Of a stretch of 64,000 nt of DNA, positions 53,207-64,000 are shown piece after piece. Where the stretch lies: positions 124,001 to 188,000 of the forward strand of contig JALMLS010000228.1 of the NCBI GenBank assembly GCA_038496445.1. The letters are read 5' to 3'. Source of the DNA: Trichosphaerium sp. ATCC 40318. Taxonomy: Eukaryota > Protista > Tubulinea. The notes beneath the pieces are model-generated. The model worked only from the letters and a program-made list of their open reading frames with translations, did no database searches and was not told the DNA's origin. Position 1 is the first letter of the stretch; each line of letters begins with the position of its first letter. The position numbers were made by a program, and so were the translations under genes.

Positions 53207-54279
53207 ATGAGCCTTCGTATCGCGTCGTGGAACGTCCACGAATGGACAGACACCAACGGACAGTACAATGACGTTGCTTTGGTTTCAACACTGAAACCGT
53301 TGAACCTAGATATCATAGGCCTACAAGAGGTGAGTTTTATGGCGTTTTAACGTATTTGGTGTAAGAAAACATAGGTTACGGATAAACATTACGAACAAGA
53401 CTCTCCTACACCTGACAGCTTTGGTATACGCGTTTTCAACGCAATTATGGCTAATATAACGTAGCTGCTGCTATGGGTAGCCCATACAAAGCTTATTTTG
53501 GTGAAGCGTTTTCAGAGAGGTGGGGAAATGCTGCTATTGTCAAAGGAGACATAATTTCAGATGTTGAGAATCTGCTACTAAAGGTGACTCAGTCACGTTT
53601 TTTTTTCGAGTGTCAGGTGATTTATTTTTGTACTAGTTAGATCAAAAGGAGACAAGAGGAGCTATTTTCTTGAAGCATAGTTTAGGAGATATTGTTGTAA
53701 CACATTTATGCCACATAGATGAACGAGACAGGATTTCTCAGATGAATAAAATATTAGATAGAAACCCAGCAATAATTTTGGGAGACTTGAATTCATTACG
53801 TCGTGATGATTACTCTGATAGGTATGAATATTTAATGAACAACCTCTCAAAGCGTCATCACTTTATGTTCATCACACGTGGTTTGGAATAAGCTATATTA
53901 TTGCGGCTTGAAAAAAATCTTATTTTCTTTATAGGTTTTGGCAAAGGAATATTGTGAAGCCCAGGGCTATGTCCAGTACGTTCTTACAGTTAAACGTTAT
54001 TATTGTAAGCTAATGTGCGAAGATTGGGAGCAACCGAAGACTGATTTGACTTCATTGTTAATTGAGAAAGGATATGTTGATTGTTGGAAAAAATTAAACA
54101 ACAAGAAGCTAGACTTTGAAGCAAAGACAAATCATTTTAATACAAGAATCGATTATGTTTGGATACACCATTCTCTGGCTAAAAGCGTAGATTGGAGCAA
54201 AAGTAGTTCGAAACATATAGATGCTGGCACCATAACAGACCACAACCTTGTATTTGTAGAGCTTAAAATGAAGAAATAA
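53207..54279 (+). CDS. Endonuclease/exonuclease/phosphatase (EEP) family protein
   Basis: MSLRIASWNVH, DIIGLQE, WGNAAI, VTHL, ILGDLNS, GYVDCW, RIDYVW, TDHNLV. Confidence 0.9.
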
Positions 54280-55318
54280 AATAAAATAGCATTGTATAAT
54301 GAGCTTACTGTTTACTCTCTACCCTCAACACAAACTTATATACTTCGCGTACTACACAAGTTGGCGCGATATACCAAGTTAAATTTTCAAGCGTGTAGGA
54401 AGGCAGCTAAGGTACAACTCCTCATGTTACAAAAACCTTAGCCGTTGAAAGGTTAACATACTTTTGGCTGTTTTACCCTATTCATATTTCGCTCTGAAGT
54501 AACATTCGGTACTACGGCACAACGTTCTATTACACTCCTTTTAACGTACTTCTTTTTTTTTTGGACTAAGTAAACGTCTAAGTTTGGGGTGATACAACCA
54601 AAAATGAAACTACAAACTACAAAGAAATGGCTAAGTCAAATTGTGAATGGGTTGAAAATGTAGCATCGTCATAAATACCCTGAATGAAGATAGTTCCGCA
54701 CAGTTTCTATTCTACACAATTACAACCATAGTCCGAGATATTAACTGATTCTTTTTTTCGCCGTATTTCGTTTTCTTGTCAGAGTTGACTGACAATCTTT
54801 TGGTAGTGCACTTTCCTCTACGCGTGTGAGACACATTCCGAGACAAGACATAAAGAATGAACTATTAAAAGTGAATAATATAGTTATGTGATTTTATTTA
54901 ACACGTGAGAAAATATTTCAGGTTTGTAAACAAGCTCATTGGATAGGACGTTATCAAATAAGTGTAAATATTAAACGAGGGTTTCAAAGGCGATCAAACT
55001 CTGTCTTCACCATACTGATAAAAACACAATAATGTCTGTTTTTTTAACTGAAATTGCCATCGCTCGCAGTGCCTTTTTTCGCCTAAAATCTTTATCAAAA
55101 TTATTTCCATGAAAAACCAGTCAAGCTACCAATATTCCTCTTCGCTGGTGCTTAAATGATACTTGTATTCGATGTTATCTTTCCAAAAAAATTATTATAA
55201 TTTGGGTACTACCAAGCACAACAAACAGAAAAATGTGAGATTTCGTCTTTTTTTGGTTTTTCGTAGCATAACAATTGACAAACATTGCCACTTCTACAAA
55301 GCAACCTTACGTCAAGCA

Positions 55319-57048
55319 ATGGCTAAAGTAAACCCAGCTAACAAACTTACAAATATTACGGTCCATACTGCAAGTGGTCTACCTAAGGGTGACTATTATG
55401 TAGAAACAACCATCACCTCGTCATTGGTATCATTGCTCCGTTTGAATTGGCTTTTCATGCTAACGTTATTTCTTCAGGGCGTTAAAACTATCAAGTCGAA
55501 GCTTGTTAAAAAGGACAGTAGCCCAAAGTTCAACCATACTGCGCCCCACAAGGGTCAAGTATCCATGTTTGATATCGCTATCAAAAACAAGGATGGTACG
55601 TTCCCTACACCTGTAGCAGTACTGAAAGTGCTTCGCGCTTTAACTTGCAGTATCACTTCATTAAAAGTGTCTCAGACGCTTCTCTTACTTATCAATAGGT
55701 TCTACTGTGGCGTCAGTAAAGATTGATCCTACAAAATCAACATGGCCTGTACTCAAGCAAGCATTCAATCTATCACTTTCAGGTGGTACGTAACCTTTCC
55801 TGTCTTTCTCCCTTTGTCAATATTTCTAGTTCTAACATAGATCTCTAGCTACGGTTGTAGTATCATATGGATGGATAACAGACTATGATGGTTTTCTCAA
55901 GTACGTCAACTACTGCGCATTGTTCAAGTCTAACCAATGGTGTTAGGTTGAACATTCCTGGTGCTCTTTGTATTCCTGACAAAAAGTTGTTTTTTGCCAA
56001 AATAGCATGTCCGACCTACCCTGGTTTAGTTTGCATGATTAAGTGGCAAGATGATAACAGAGTAGATCTTCATATCCTTGAGACTGTTGCTTCTCACCAC
56101 CAATGTACGTACTGAACGTAGTGGTTACTAGCTTTGATTAAACAAACTTTGCTATTCGCTACCCTTCTTAAAAACTTGCCCTTACTTGTTATTTAGCGAG
56201 GATGCTTGAAGTTTACATTGACAACGGTAAAGGAAATAAGATCCAGTATTCTGTAAGACGCCAAACGTTCCTTAAACCGACCAAGATTGGAGCATACATG
56301 TGCTGGGCTGAGAACAAGCTCGATGATTTGCCTGTATGGACAAGATTCGATCGCATATGCCTCACCGTATCAAGTACGCTAGTATTGCTATAAACATCAT
56401 AGCGTAAAACCATCATCAGCTTCTAATTTTAAAACTAGCCGTTCGTTCAACATGGAAAGGATCGATGCAACAAATCACCGCAACATTCGGATGGAAGGTA
56501 GCGTTTACCAAGGATCACGTGATATATTAGTTTACTTTGAACAATAGGGAAGTCTTAAGTATGAACAAGCCAAGGCTATGCTCAAAGGAAAGATGGTTCA
56601 AGACGACAAGAGCAAAACTATTCATTTTCTTATGAACCAATTCTGCCTAAGCAATGACTGGGACACCAAAGATGCGGATTTATCCGTCAGTGCTTACAAG
56701 CCACCCTACAAACAGGGTATCAGTACGTATTTTGACGGTAAGATAGTTGACGTACTAACACTTGAAATTAGTCGTTGATATTAGTCACGTGAGCAGACCT
56801 AAGCGTGTCATTAAGTACTACGTACCTGGCAAAGAACCTAAGATTGGAGGACATGAAATCTCTGCAAAGACAAGTGTCGATGATTTACCAACGCCTGTGT
56901 ATCACAAGGATATTCTCGTAAATGTTATGCAACAGTCAAACAAGTCTGTACGTATCCGTTTTCCTTGAAGTGCTTGAATCTTCGCTAATGCTCAACTAGT
57001 CGTTCTGGCTCTTCCAAGCTGGAGTACCTTTCTATGGATACTGAGTAA
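55319..57048 (+). CDS. C2-like domain + unknown C-terminal domain protein, paralog A (intact)
   Basis: ITVHTASGLPKGDYYVE..IKSKLVKKDSSPKFNHT resembles a C2 domain. The exons I checked join in frame via GT-AG introns; the gene ends GVPFYGY*. Confidence 0.7.
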
Positions 57049-57684
57049 AGCATGATGACAGTACAGTTTAATCCATCAAACATCTATGTCTAGCGTGTAC
57101 TGATGCAACACTAAATAAATAAGTCCATTTTCTTTGTCCGGTTCTATTTTGTATGTTTGTTCGACCATTTTTTGTGTGATTGAGTAGAAAGTCACATGCT
57201 TGCTACCGATCAGGTTTCCTTCTAAAAAGTAGTGGGAAGTGTTAAATCGTAAGCAAAAAGTAATAGATTGTGGTCAATAAAGGACGCTATTTTGGGTTTT
57301 AGCTTACAACCAATGGCAGCTTTTTTGCCGAAATTTGTGTAATGAAATGTTAATACTCTCACACTTGGTGGAACATCAGTTACAAAAGCAGGAACTAAAC
57401 ATCCATCTACCATGGTGCTTGATTCACTATCAGCTTATTGATTAAAACGGCTGTTTTAAAGCAGCTAAGCATTGTGCGGTGATACGTCAATAAAATGGTG
57501 GACTTTTTTCTTGCTAAAGTCCAAAATAGTGGGCTTCCATGTGTCAATAACAAACTCTATGTGGGTGTGTAAAATATATAGAATTTAAGGACAGCATTTG
57601 GTGGTTCAGTGACAAGCAAACTTTCTTTCTTAGACCAGGTTGCTTTTCAGCTCTAAAATCACTTAGAACTGATTTGCCTTTTAG

Positions 57685-58533
57685 TCACATTACAATACAT
57701 CTACGCTGATTGTGTTTTACTGGGTTGTAAGGTTGGAGTGGCTTAATTCTACGAATTTCTCTTATAAGTTCATAAAACTGTTCTTCAACATTGACACGTG
57801 TTTTAGCAGATGCTTCAAAAAATAAACATCCATTCTTTTGTGCAAGTTCCTTTCCTTCTTCTGTTGTTACTTGTCTGTCTTTTTCCAAGTCTACTTTATT
57901 TCCCACAAGTACACTTGGCTTGTTTTTTGTGTCACTGAACCTATAAACAAGTACTCAGTCCTTGCGAATGTCAAAATAGATCATGAATGATCAGAATATG
58001 TGGTTTTGAGACTATTGTTGTTACCAATAAACAGCGTCAAAGAACTCCTGTATTTCTTCAAATGATTGTCTGTCTGTTATGCTGTACATCAAAATAAAGC
58101 CGTGACGATGGTTAACGTGCTGTAACCTGATGTTGGATTGGAGCCTCTTAAATGTTATTTACTTACTTGTCTAGTAACAATACCATCCAAATTACAATAC
58201 TCTTGACGTGCCCCTGTATCAAGAATTTCAAGCATGATATTTTCGTCATCTATGGTGACTTGCTTACGATACCTTATTGCGTGAGCGTTTAGAGTTGTTT
58301 TAAACTCAAAACGTTAAAAGTGCTTTAAATAAAACTCCGTACGAGTCTTCTATGGTTGGGTCGAATTCTTCTACAAATAAGTTTTTAACGAATCGTATTG
58401 TTGTTATTGATTTTCCAACTCCTACAGCGCCAAATACGACGAGCTTGCACTCCTTTATTCCAGGTTATACTTGAGTGTTTGTTTTAATTTTGCTGTTGTA
58501 CAGCGTCGTATTTTTGCGTACGAGAAGCTCCAT
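57685..58533 (-). CDS. Ras-family small GTPase with atypical catalytic residues
   Basis: [21 protein letters not shown]|YRKQV (Ras effector loop), [24 protein letters not shown], and CaaX terminus CIVM*. Confidence 0.93.
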
Positions 58534-59170
58534 GTGAAGTGTAACAACGCCTCTTTGAGTTATTATTGTGGGTTCAATGAAATCTATTTTAAGAAAGGTA
58601 AAGTACTGCGTTTTGTTTGAGAAGAGCCGACTGGAGAAATTACATGTAAAAATCCTCGCGAAAAATAAAAGAAAAGGTGCAAGTCCACTGCTTATTAAGC
58701 GTATTTATTATCTAGTAAGTCGAAAAAGTGGATAGTTATGGTTCCTGAATATAGAGTTTGTGGAATGAGACTGGACAACTTGACATATACAGTACATGAT
58801 GGCAAACAGAATAGTGAACCTACAGTGGTATTAGAATGGTTAACTTGAAGCACAAAGTATGTGGTTGATAGTAAAAGATATGGCAAACTAAAAGGTGGTA
58901 TGAAAATGAAGAACATATGCGAGTATTAAAAGTCTTTAAATTTGTTGAACAGTGCTTCACAGTTTCTATTTGCAAACATAATTACATCCACAATACAATA
59001 GATTAACTGACTGATGCTCTTTTTTGCCGTTTTTCGTAAATGTAATAGTTGGTTGAATACTTTCTTTCGCCAAAAAAACTTCATTCGTTGAAGATGTAAT
59101 ATCAGAAAAATATGAGATTTCACCTTTTTTTCACGTTTTGGTCAACACAATTTTATAAACGCCGATAACA

Positions 59171-61115
59171 ATGGCTAAATACGTAGTAGACCCAGCTAAC
59201 AAACTTACAAATATTGCGGTGCATACTGCAAGTGGTCTGCCTAAGGGTGACTATTATGTAGAAACAGCCATCACCTCGTCATTGGTATCATTGTTCCGTT
59301 TGAATTGGCTTTTCATGCTAACGTTATTTCTTCAGGGTGTTAAAACGATCAAGTCGAAGCTTGCTAAAACAGATAACAACCCAAATTTCGGACATACTGT
59401 GTGCCATAAGGGTCAAGTATCTTTATTTGACATTGTTATTAAAAATAACGAAGGTACATGATACTTAAGACTTGTATAACATTATAGAAGCCTTTTTCTT
59501 GACTTTTAATAAAGTTAAACAGTGTACCAGTTCTAATTGAACGAAAACACTTCATAAATACTTTTTACACTTTAAATACCAGTTATAGACCATCAAAGAG
59601 CAAATCCTTGGCTACACGTGCTATTTTTAGCTTGAAACATTTTATACACTGTTTTGACCCTTTTTGAGTTATTCTTTAAGGCCTATTGCTGCTATACAGT
59701 CTAAAGCGTATATATGACCGTTCAGATAGAGTTACAGTATAGCATTACTTCCTTAAACTTGCTCACCCTATTTTCTAATAGATTCTACTGTGGCATCAGT
59801 AAGATTGATCCAACAAAATCAACATGGCCTGTGCTCAAGCAAGCATTCAATCTATCACTTTCAGGTGGTACGTATCCTTTCCTGTCTTTCTCCCTTTGTC
59901 AATATTTCTAGTTCTAATAGAGATCTCTAGCTACGGTTGTAGTATCATATGGATGGATAACAGACTATGATGGTTTTCTCAAGCACGTCAACTACTACGC
60001 ACATGTTCAAGTTCTAACCATGGTGTTAGGTTTGAACTTCCTAAGGCTAGTAGAATTCCTGACAAGAAGGTGTTTTTTGCTAAAGTAGAATGTCCAAACT
60101 GCCGTGGTTTATATTGCATGATTACGTGGAAAGACAATAACCGAGTGGATGTCCACATGCTCGAAACAAGCGCATACCATCTTCAATGTACATCTGAACT
60201 CGTTTCCAACATGTCTTCCCTTCCAAACTGTTTTTATTGACAACCTTTGCTTACACTTGTCAGCAAAGATGCTTGAAATTTCGATCGACAATGGTAAAGG
60301 CAAAAGGATCCAGTACTCTGTAAGACGTGAAACATACGCAGAACCAATCAAAATTGGACCATACACGTGCTGGGCAAAGACCATGCTTGATGACTTGCCT
60401 ATATGGACAAGATTCGATCGCATACGCGTCACTGTATCAAGTACGCCACTGGCACTGTACCATCCAGATATCATCTCATTCTAAATGTACAACTAGTCGT
60501 GCGTTTAGTAGGCGGTGATGGGATGTCACAAATCACTGCAAGATGCGGATGGAAGGTATTGTTTAGCATACGTCAGTATCACGTGATTTATCAGTTTACC
60601 TTTTGAACGATAGGGAAGTCCTACATACGAACAAGCAAGCTCTATGCTCAAATATACTATTAAAGATCACAAGACCAAGACTATTCATTTCCCAAAGGAT
60701 CAATACTGTCTAAGTCTTGAATGGGATACAAAGGATGGTATATCCGTTGGCGCTTACTGCCATCATTACAAGGATATCAGTACGAGCTTTGAAAAATAGC
60801 AAGAAGGTTGAAGCACTTACAGGCAGCTTAGTTGTTGATATTACGCACACCAGCTGCCCTAAGCGTGTTATTACATACTACGTACCCAGCAAACTGCCTA
60901 CAGTAGGAAAATATCAAATCTCTGCCAGAACCAGACTATGTGATTTACCTGGAAGTTTGGATAAACTAACACCTTTTAATCAGAAAAGCATTAATGTTAG
61001 AGTTCTTGAACAATCAAATAAGTTTGTACGTATTTTTTCGTTGCATGCGACTGTAGTAACGCTTTTTTAGTCTGTCTGGTTATTCGAGGCTGGTGTACCT
61101 TTCTATGGCAACTAG
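59171..61115 (+). pseudogene. Paralog B of 55319-57048, with a 1-nt deletion and a GC splice donor
   Basis: Same exon structure as A. GTAAGATT at 59799 versus GTAAAGATT in A shifts the frame. Donor GCACGT at 59983 versus GTACGT in A. Could instead be an assembly error. Confidence 0.6.
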
Positions 61116-61341
61116 ACATATGCAAAGGCCTAATGTTAATTGGTTCAAACACAGCAATGAGTTGAATCAATGCAACTCTAAATACACAAAGTTCAATTCT
61201 GTTTTGCTCAGGGAACACGTAATGCTCGCATTTTGCTTTATATTTCTGATCATCAATCATACAAGCGTATCAAAGTTTATCTTGAAGAACAACCTACACG
61301 TAACCACAGCAGCAGAGTGAAGATTTTTTCTTTATTCTGTT

Positions 61342-64000
61342 TTAGTTTTCTTTCTTAGATTTAACAGATAAACCCTTCTTTAATACATTGTGCTGTACAT
61401 TACCTACTTGTGGTACTTCACCTGATGGCGTTACTAAACCATTCGCAGCCTCAAAAAGATTTATAGGTAATTTTCCGTCTGTAATGAGCATGCTCTTAAG
61501 TCCGAGACCGTTAAGTAACTTTTGTTGTAGATCAGGACCAGCCTTTGCAATATTAATAATTGTATCTGATCCTAAGGCTTTAACAAGGCCATCTGTCATT
61601 GTTACTTTAATTGAAGCCATAGCGCTTTCATGCTATAACACGTGAGCAAAAGTCAAGGAAAAATTAATCGGGAAGTTCAGTGCTCTATTTCGAGCCTCCA
61701 ACGGGTTTAATATTTGTAGACGTACTGATTGTTTTAGAGCATTCATTTGTCTTTCCTCTTCGAGTTTCTGAGATAGTCTTTTCCTTGCAAGTTCAATTTC
61801 TTGAACAACTTTACCTAGCTCATTCTTTTGCTTTGCAAGTGTTACTTTCTTTTCATGTTCAAACCGTTCTTCCTCAAGTTGAAGCTTTTCACGTTGTCTA
61901 ATACGCTCCATCTCACGTTGTCTTTGCTCTAACTTTTCCTCACGTTCAATTGCTTTCTCCTTAGAGATGCTAATCGCAGTTTGTTCCCTGTGTTCAGCTT
62001 CTCTCTTTGCGGCTGCTTCGTTTCTCTTCATTATGAGCTCCATTGCTGCCCGAGTATCTTGTGTAACACCATGAACCTCTTTAATTGTAATACGTTCGAT
62101 TTCCATGCCGTTAGCTTCTATGACGTAAGCTGGAGCAACAGGATCATCAGGGTTGCTTGATTTTTTGGCTACAACAATCCGTAAGAAGAAATGTTAAACT
62201 ACAAGGTCTCCACAACTTACGTCTTAATTCTACTGAAGACACATTCTTGTAGAAATCCCTTAATGTCATGGTTGCAATTTTACTTGTCACTAAATCTTTG
62301 AAGACATTCTCAAGCTCCTATTAAAGAAAGATATTAACGATAAATTCTGCTTGACGCAACGACGAAAATCATACTGTTGTGATGAATGGACGGCTGAATA
62401 ACTTGAATAGGTTTTCTTGGTCCACCTTGAAACTCCATGTAACCATAGCATTAATGGTTAGTTGGTGGTTATCAACAGTTGTTGCTTTTCCGGAAAAATT
62501 AAACTGAGATGGTCCCAAGGGAAGGTTGTTTGATTCGAAACCTTGGAAATGAACTTTCACTGGTTCTTCGAAAGGTTTGGTTATGACCTTTGAAGGCCCA
62601 AACTCGACTCTCGAAGTATTAGCTCCTTTATCAAATAACATCATTGCTTCGTTTGGCTTTAGATCATATGATACAGCCATTGCAGATTCAGGATTGCTTG
62701 CTTCTTGTTGATCTCTGTTTTTTGAAAAAACACACGTGTTAGCATCAAAACATAGAAATGATGATGGATGATAGGTTTCGTACTTTTTAGACCATAATTC
62801 CTCGTCAACATCTGGTATAAACGAACAACTTCCTTCTATTAACTTGATATCGCCAGTTGTTTTATTTCTTACGTAGATGCCGTTTTCAACCTAATTTTTT
62901 GGTAAGAATAAACGGAGAAAATAAAGTGTCTTCAAGTACCAGTATGCTCTTATGCGTTTCCTCAACACCAACGTTGACTTCCGGGATATATCTCGCTGGG
63001 CCTAAAAGAAGTTTTGGTAAGGTAAAAAATAAGTTGTATTTTTTTTTGTAAAATTGTTACCTCTTATCATCCATCTTTCTCCTGCTTTTCTCTCGACTTT
63101 GTTATCTACACAGTCCCGTTTAGCGACTAGCGTAAGAGCTTCATCACTGGCTATAGTATACACAACCATTTTACGTTCTTCAGCAAGAGATTCATGAGGT
63201 TGTAAAAAAAAGCTACAAGGTCCTTCCATAACTTTTGTCTTTGAAATATCATTTGTGCGTTTCTCCATGTCTCTAACATTTTGGATAATACAATACTGAT
63301 TTCTATTTACGTTTATCTTTTCTACAACGTTAACAATCTCTTCATGGACATCTTCAATATGGGACGCTGACTCTGAATATGAAGCAGTTAGTTCAAAGTG
63401 TATACTCAGAAAAAATAAGTTGTGTACCATTAAAAGTCACCAACCACTCTTCTCCTTCCTGTCTTTCATTACCGTACACATCCACAAATTCTTTCTTTGC
63501 TCTCAAATGAAGTGCAGTGTTCTCACGTAAAATCTAAAGTAAAGATAAGTAATTCACTCTTGGCTATCAACTTGTTGTTTGCGTACTATCGCTTTGACAA
63601 CTTTTATTACTTGTTCATAAGGTTCAGGAATAAATGATCCTTTACCAGCTCGCATATACATATCTCCAGCAGCGTGGGTGCGCACCTCGTCTAAAAAAAA
63701 TGTTAAGAATAAAACAAGAACGTAAGTAGCTTTATCACTTACTTCCTTCTTCATCAGTAGTGAGTACATCATGCAACGTTCGTAGCAAAACAGCTTCGTG
63801 TTCGCCAACAATAATAGCTGTTTTCTTTCCTGTTATTGCTTCCTCAACACGTGGCATATACGTCCCTGGGCCCTATTGACAAGGTATTAATGGGAGAGAT
63901 GTTACTGCAAAAAAAAATATAAATAACGTACTCTGAATAGTCGTTCGTCGCCAGCTTTTGTAGAATCAAAGTTTACTTCAGCCCTTATTTGCAACGCTTC
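61342..64000 (-). CDS. Major vault protein-like, divergent (5' part outside the window)
   Basis: MVP repeats (ALHLRAKKEFVD, RKAGERWMIRG, GPCSFFLQPHE), shoulder (SRVEFGP, LGP), and cap ALGSDTIINIAKAGPDLQQKLLNGLGLKSMLITDGKLPINLF. Confidence 0.9.

Noticed and set aside
57222-57413. 63-aa minus-strand ORF, and a possible tiny + strand gene at about 58577-58847
   Set aside because: No motif or homology recognisable; not enough support.
27601-58533. Apparent clustering of trafficking/phosphoinositide genes (Rab, PIP5K, DENN, 5-phosphatase, C2, Ras)
   Set aside because: These are large families in phagotrophic protists and are interspersed with unrelated genes, so chance is a sufficient explanation.

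Overview
Gene-dense (about 30 genes), AT-rich eukaryotic nuclear DNA with many short spliceosomal introns (mostly 40-70 nt; donors GTACGT/GTAAGT/GTGCGT). It uses the standard genetic code. A free-living heterotrophic protist, possibly an amoebozoan, is my inference from gene content. The ORF track fragments most genes, so I rebuilt gene models by eye and the boundaries are approximate. Recognisable genes: a DDX3/Ded1 helicase 3' end, a C2 protein, a PhyH-type dioxygenase with HEAT-like tail, an arylsulfatase, a RING protein, a VOC/glyoxalase-like protein, methylmalonyl-CoA mutase, atypical Rab and Ras GTPases, a GSI-like protein, PIP5K, Bax inhibitor-1, an MFS transporter, an inositol 5-phosphatase, an EEP hydrolase and a divergent major vault protein. 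The most notable observations are: (1) a five-repeat 'DW..YGGS..VYP..W' protein ending in a RAP/Vsr-like nuclease domain; (2) four nearly intronless F-box + 21/22-aa LRR genes with hypervariable binding faces; (3) roughly ten-fold enrichment of CACGTG, often inside introns; (4) a pseudokinase-DENN fusion; (5) a Ras with natural G12V/Q61R-equivalent residues; (6) a divergent vault protein with an apparently shorter cap helix. I found no tRNA, rRNA, CRISPR array or intact transposon.
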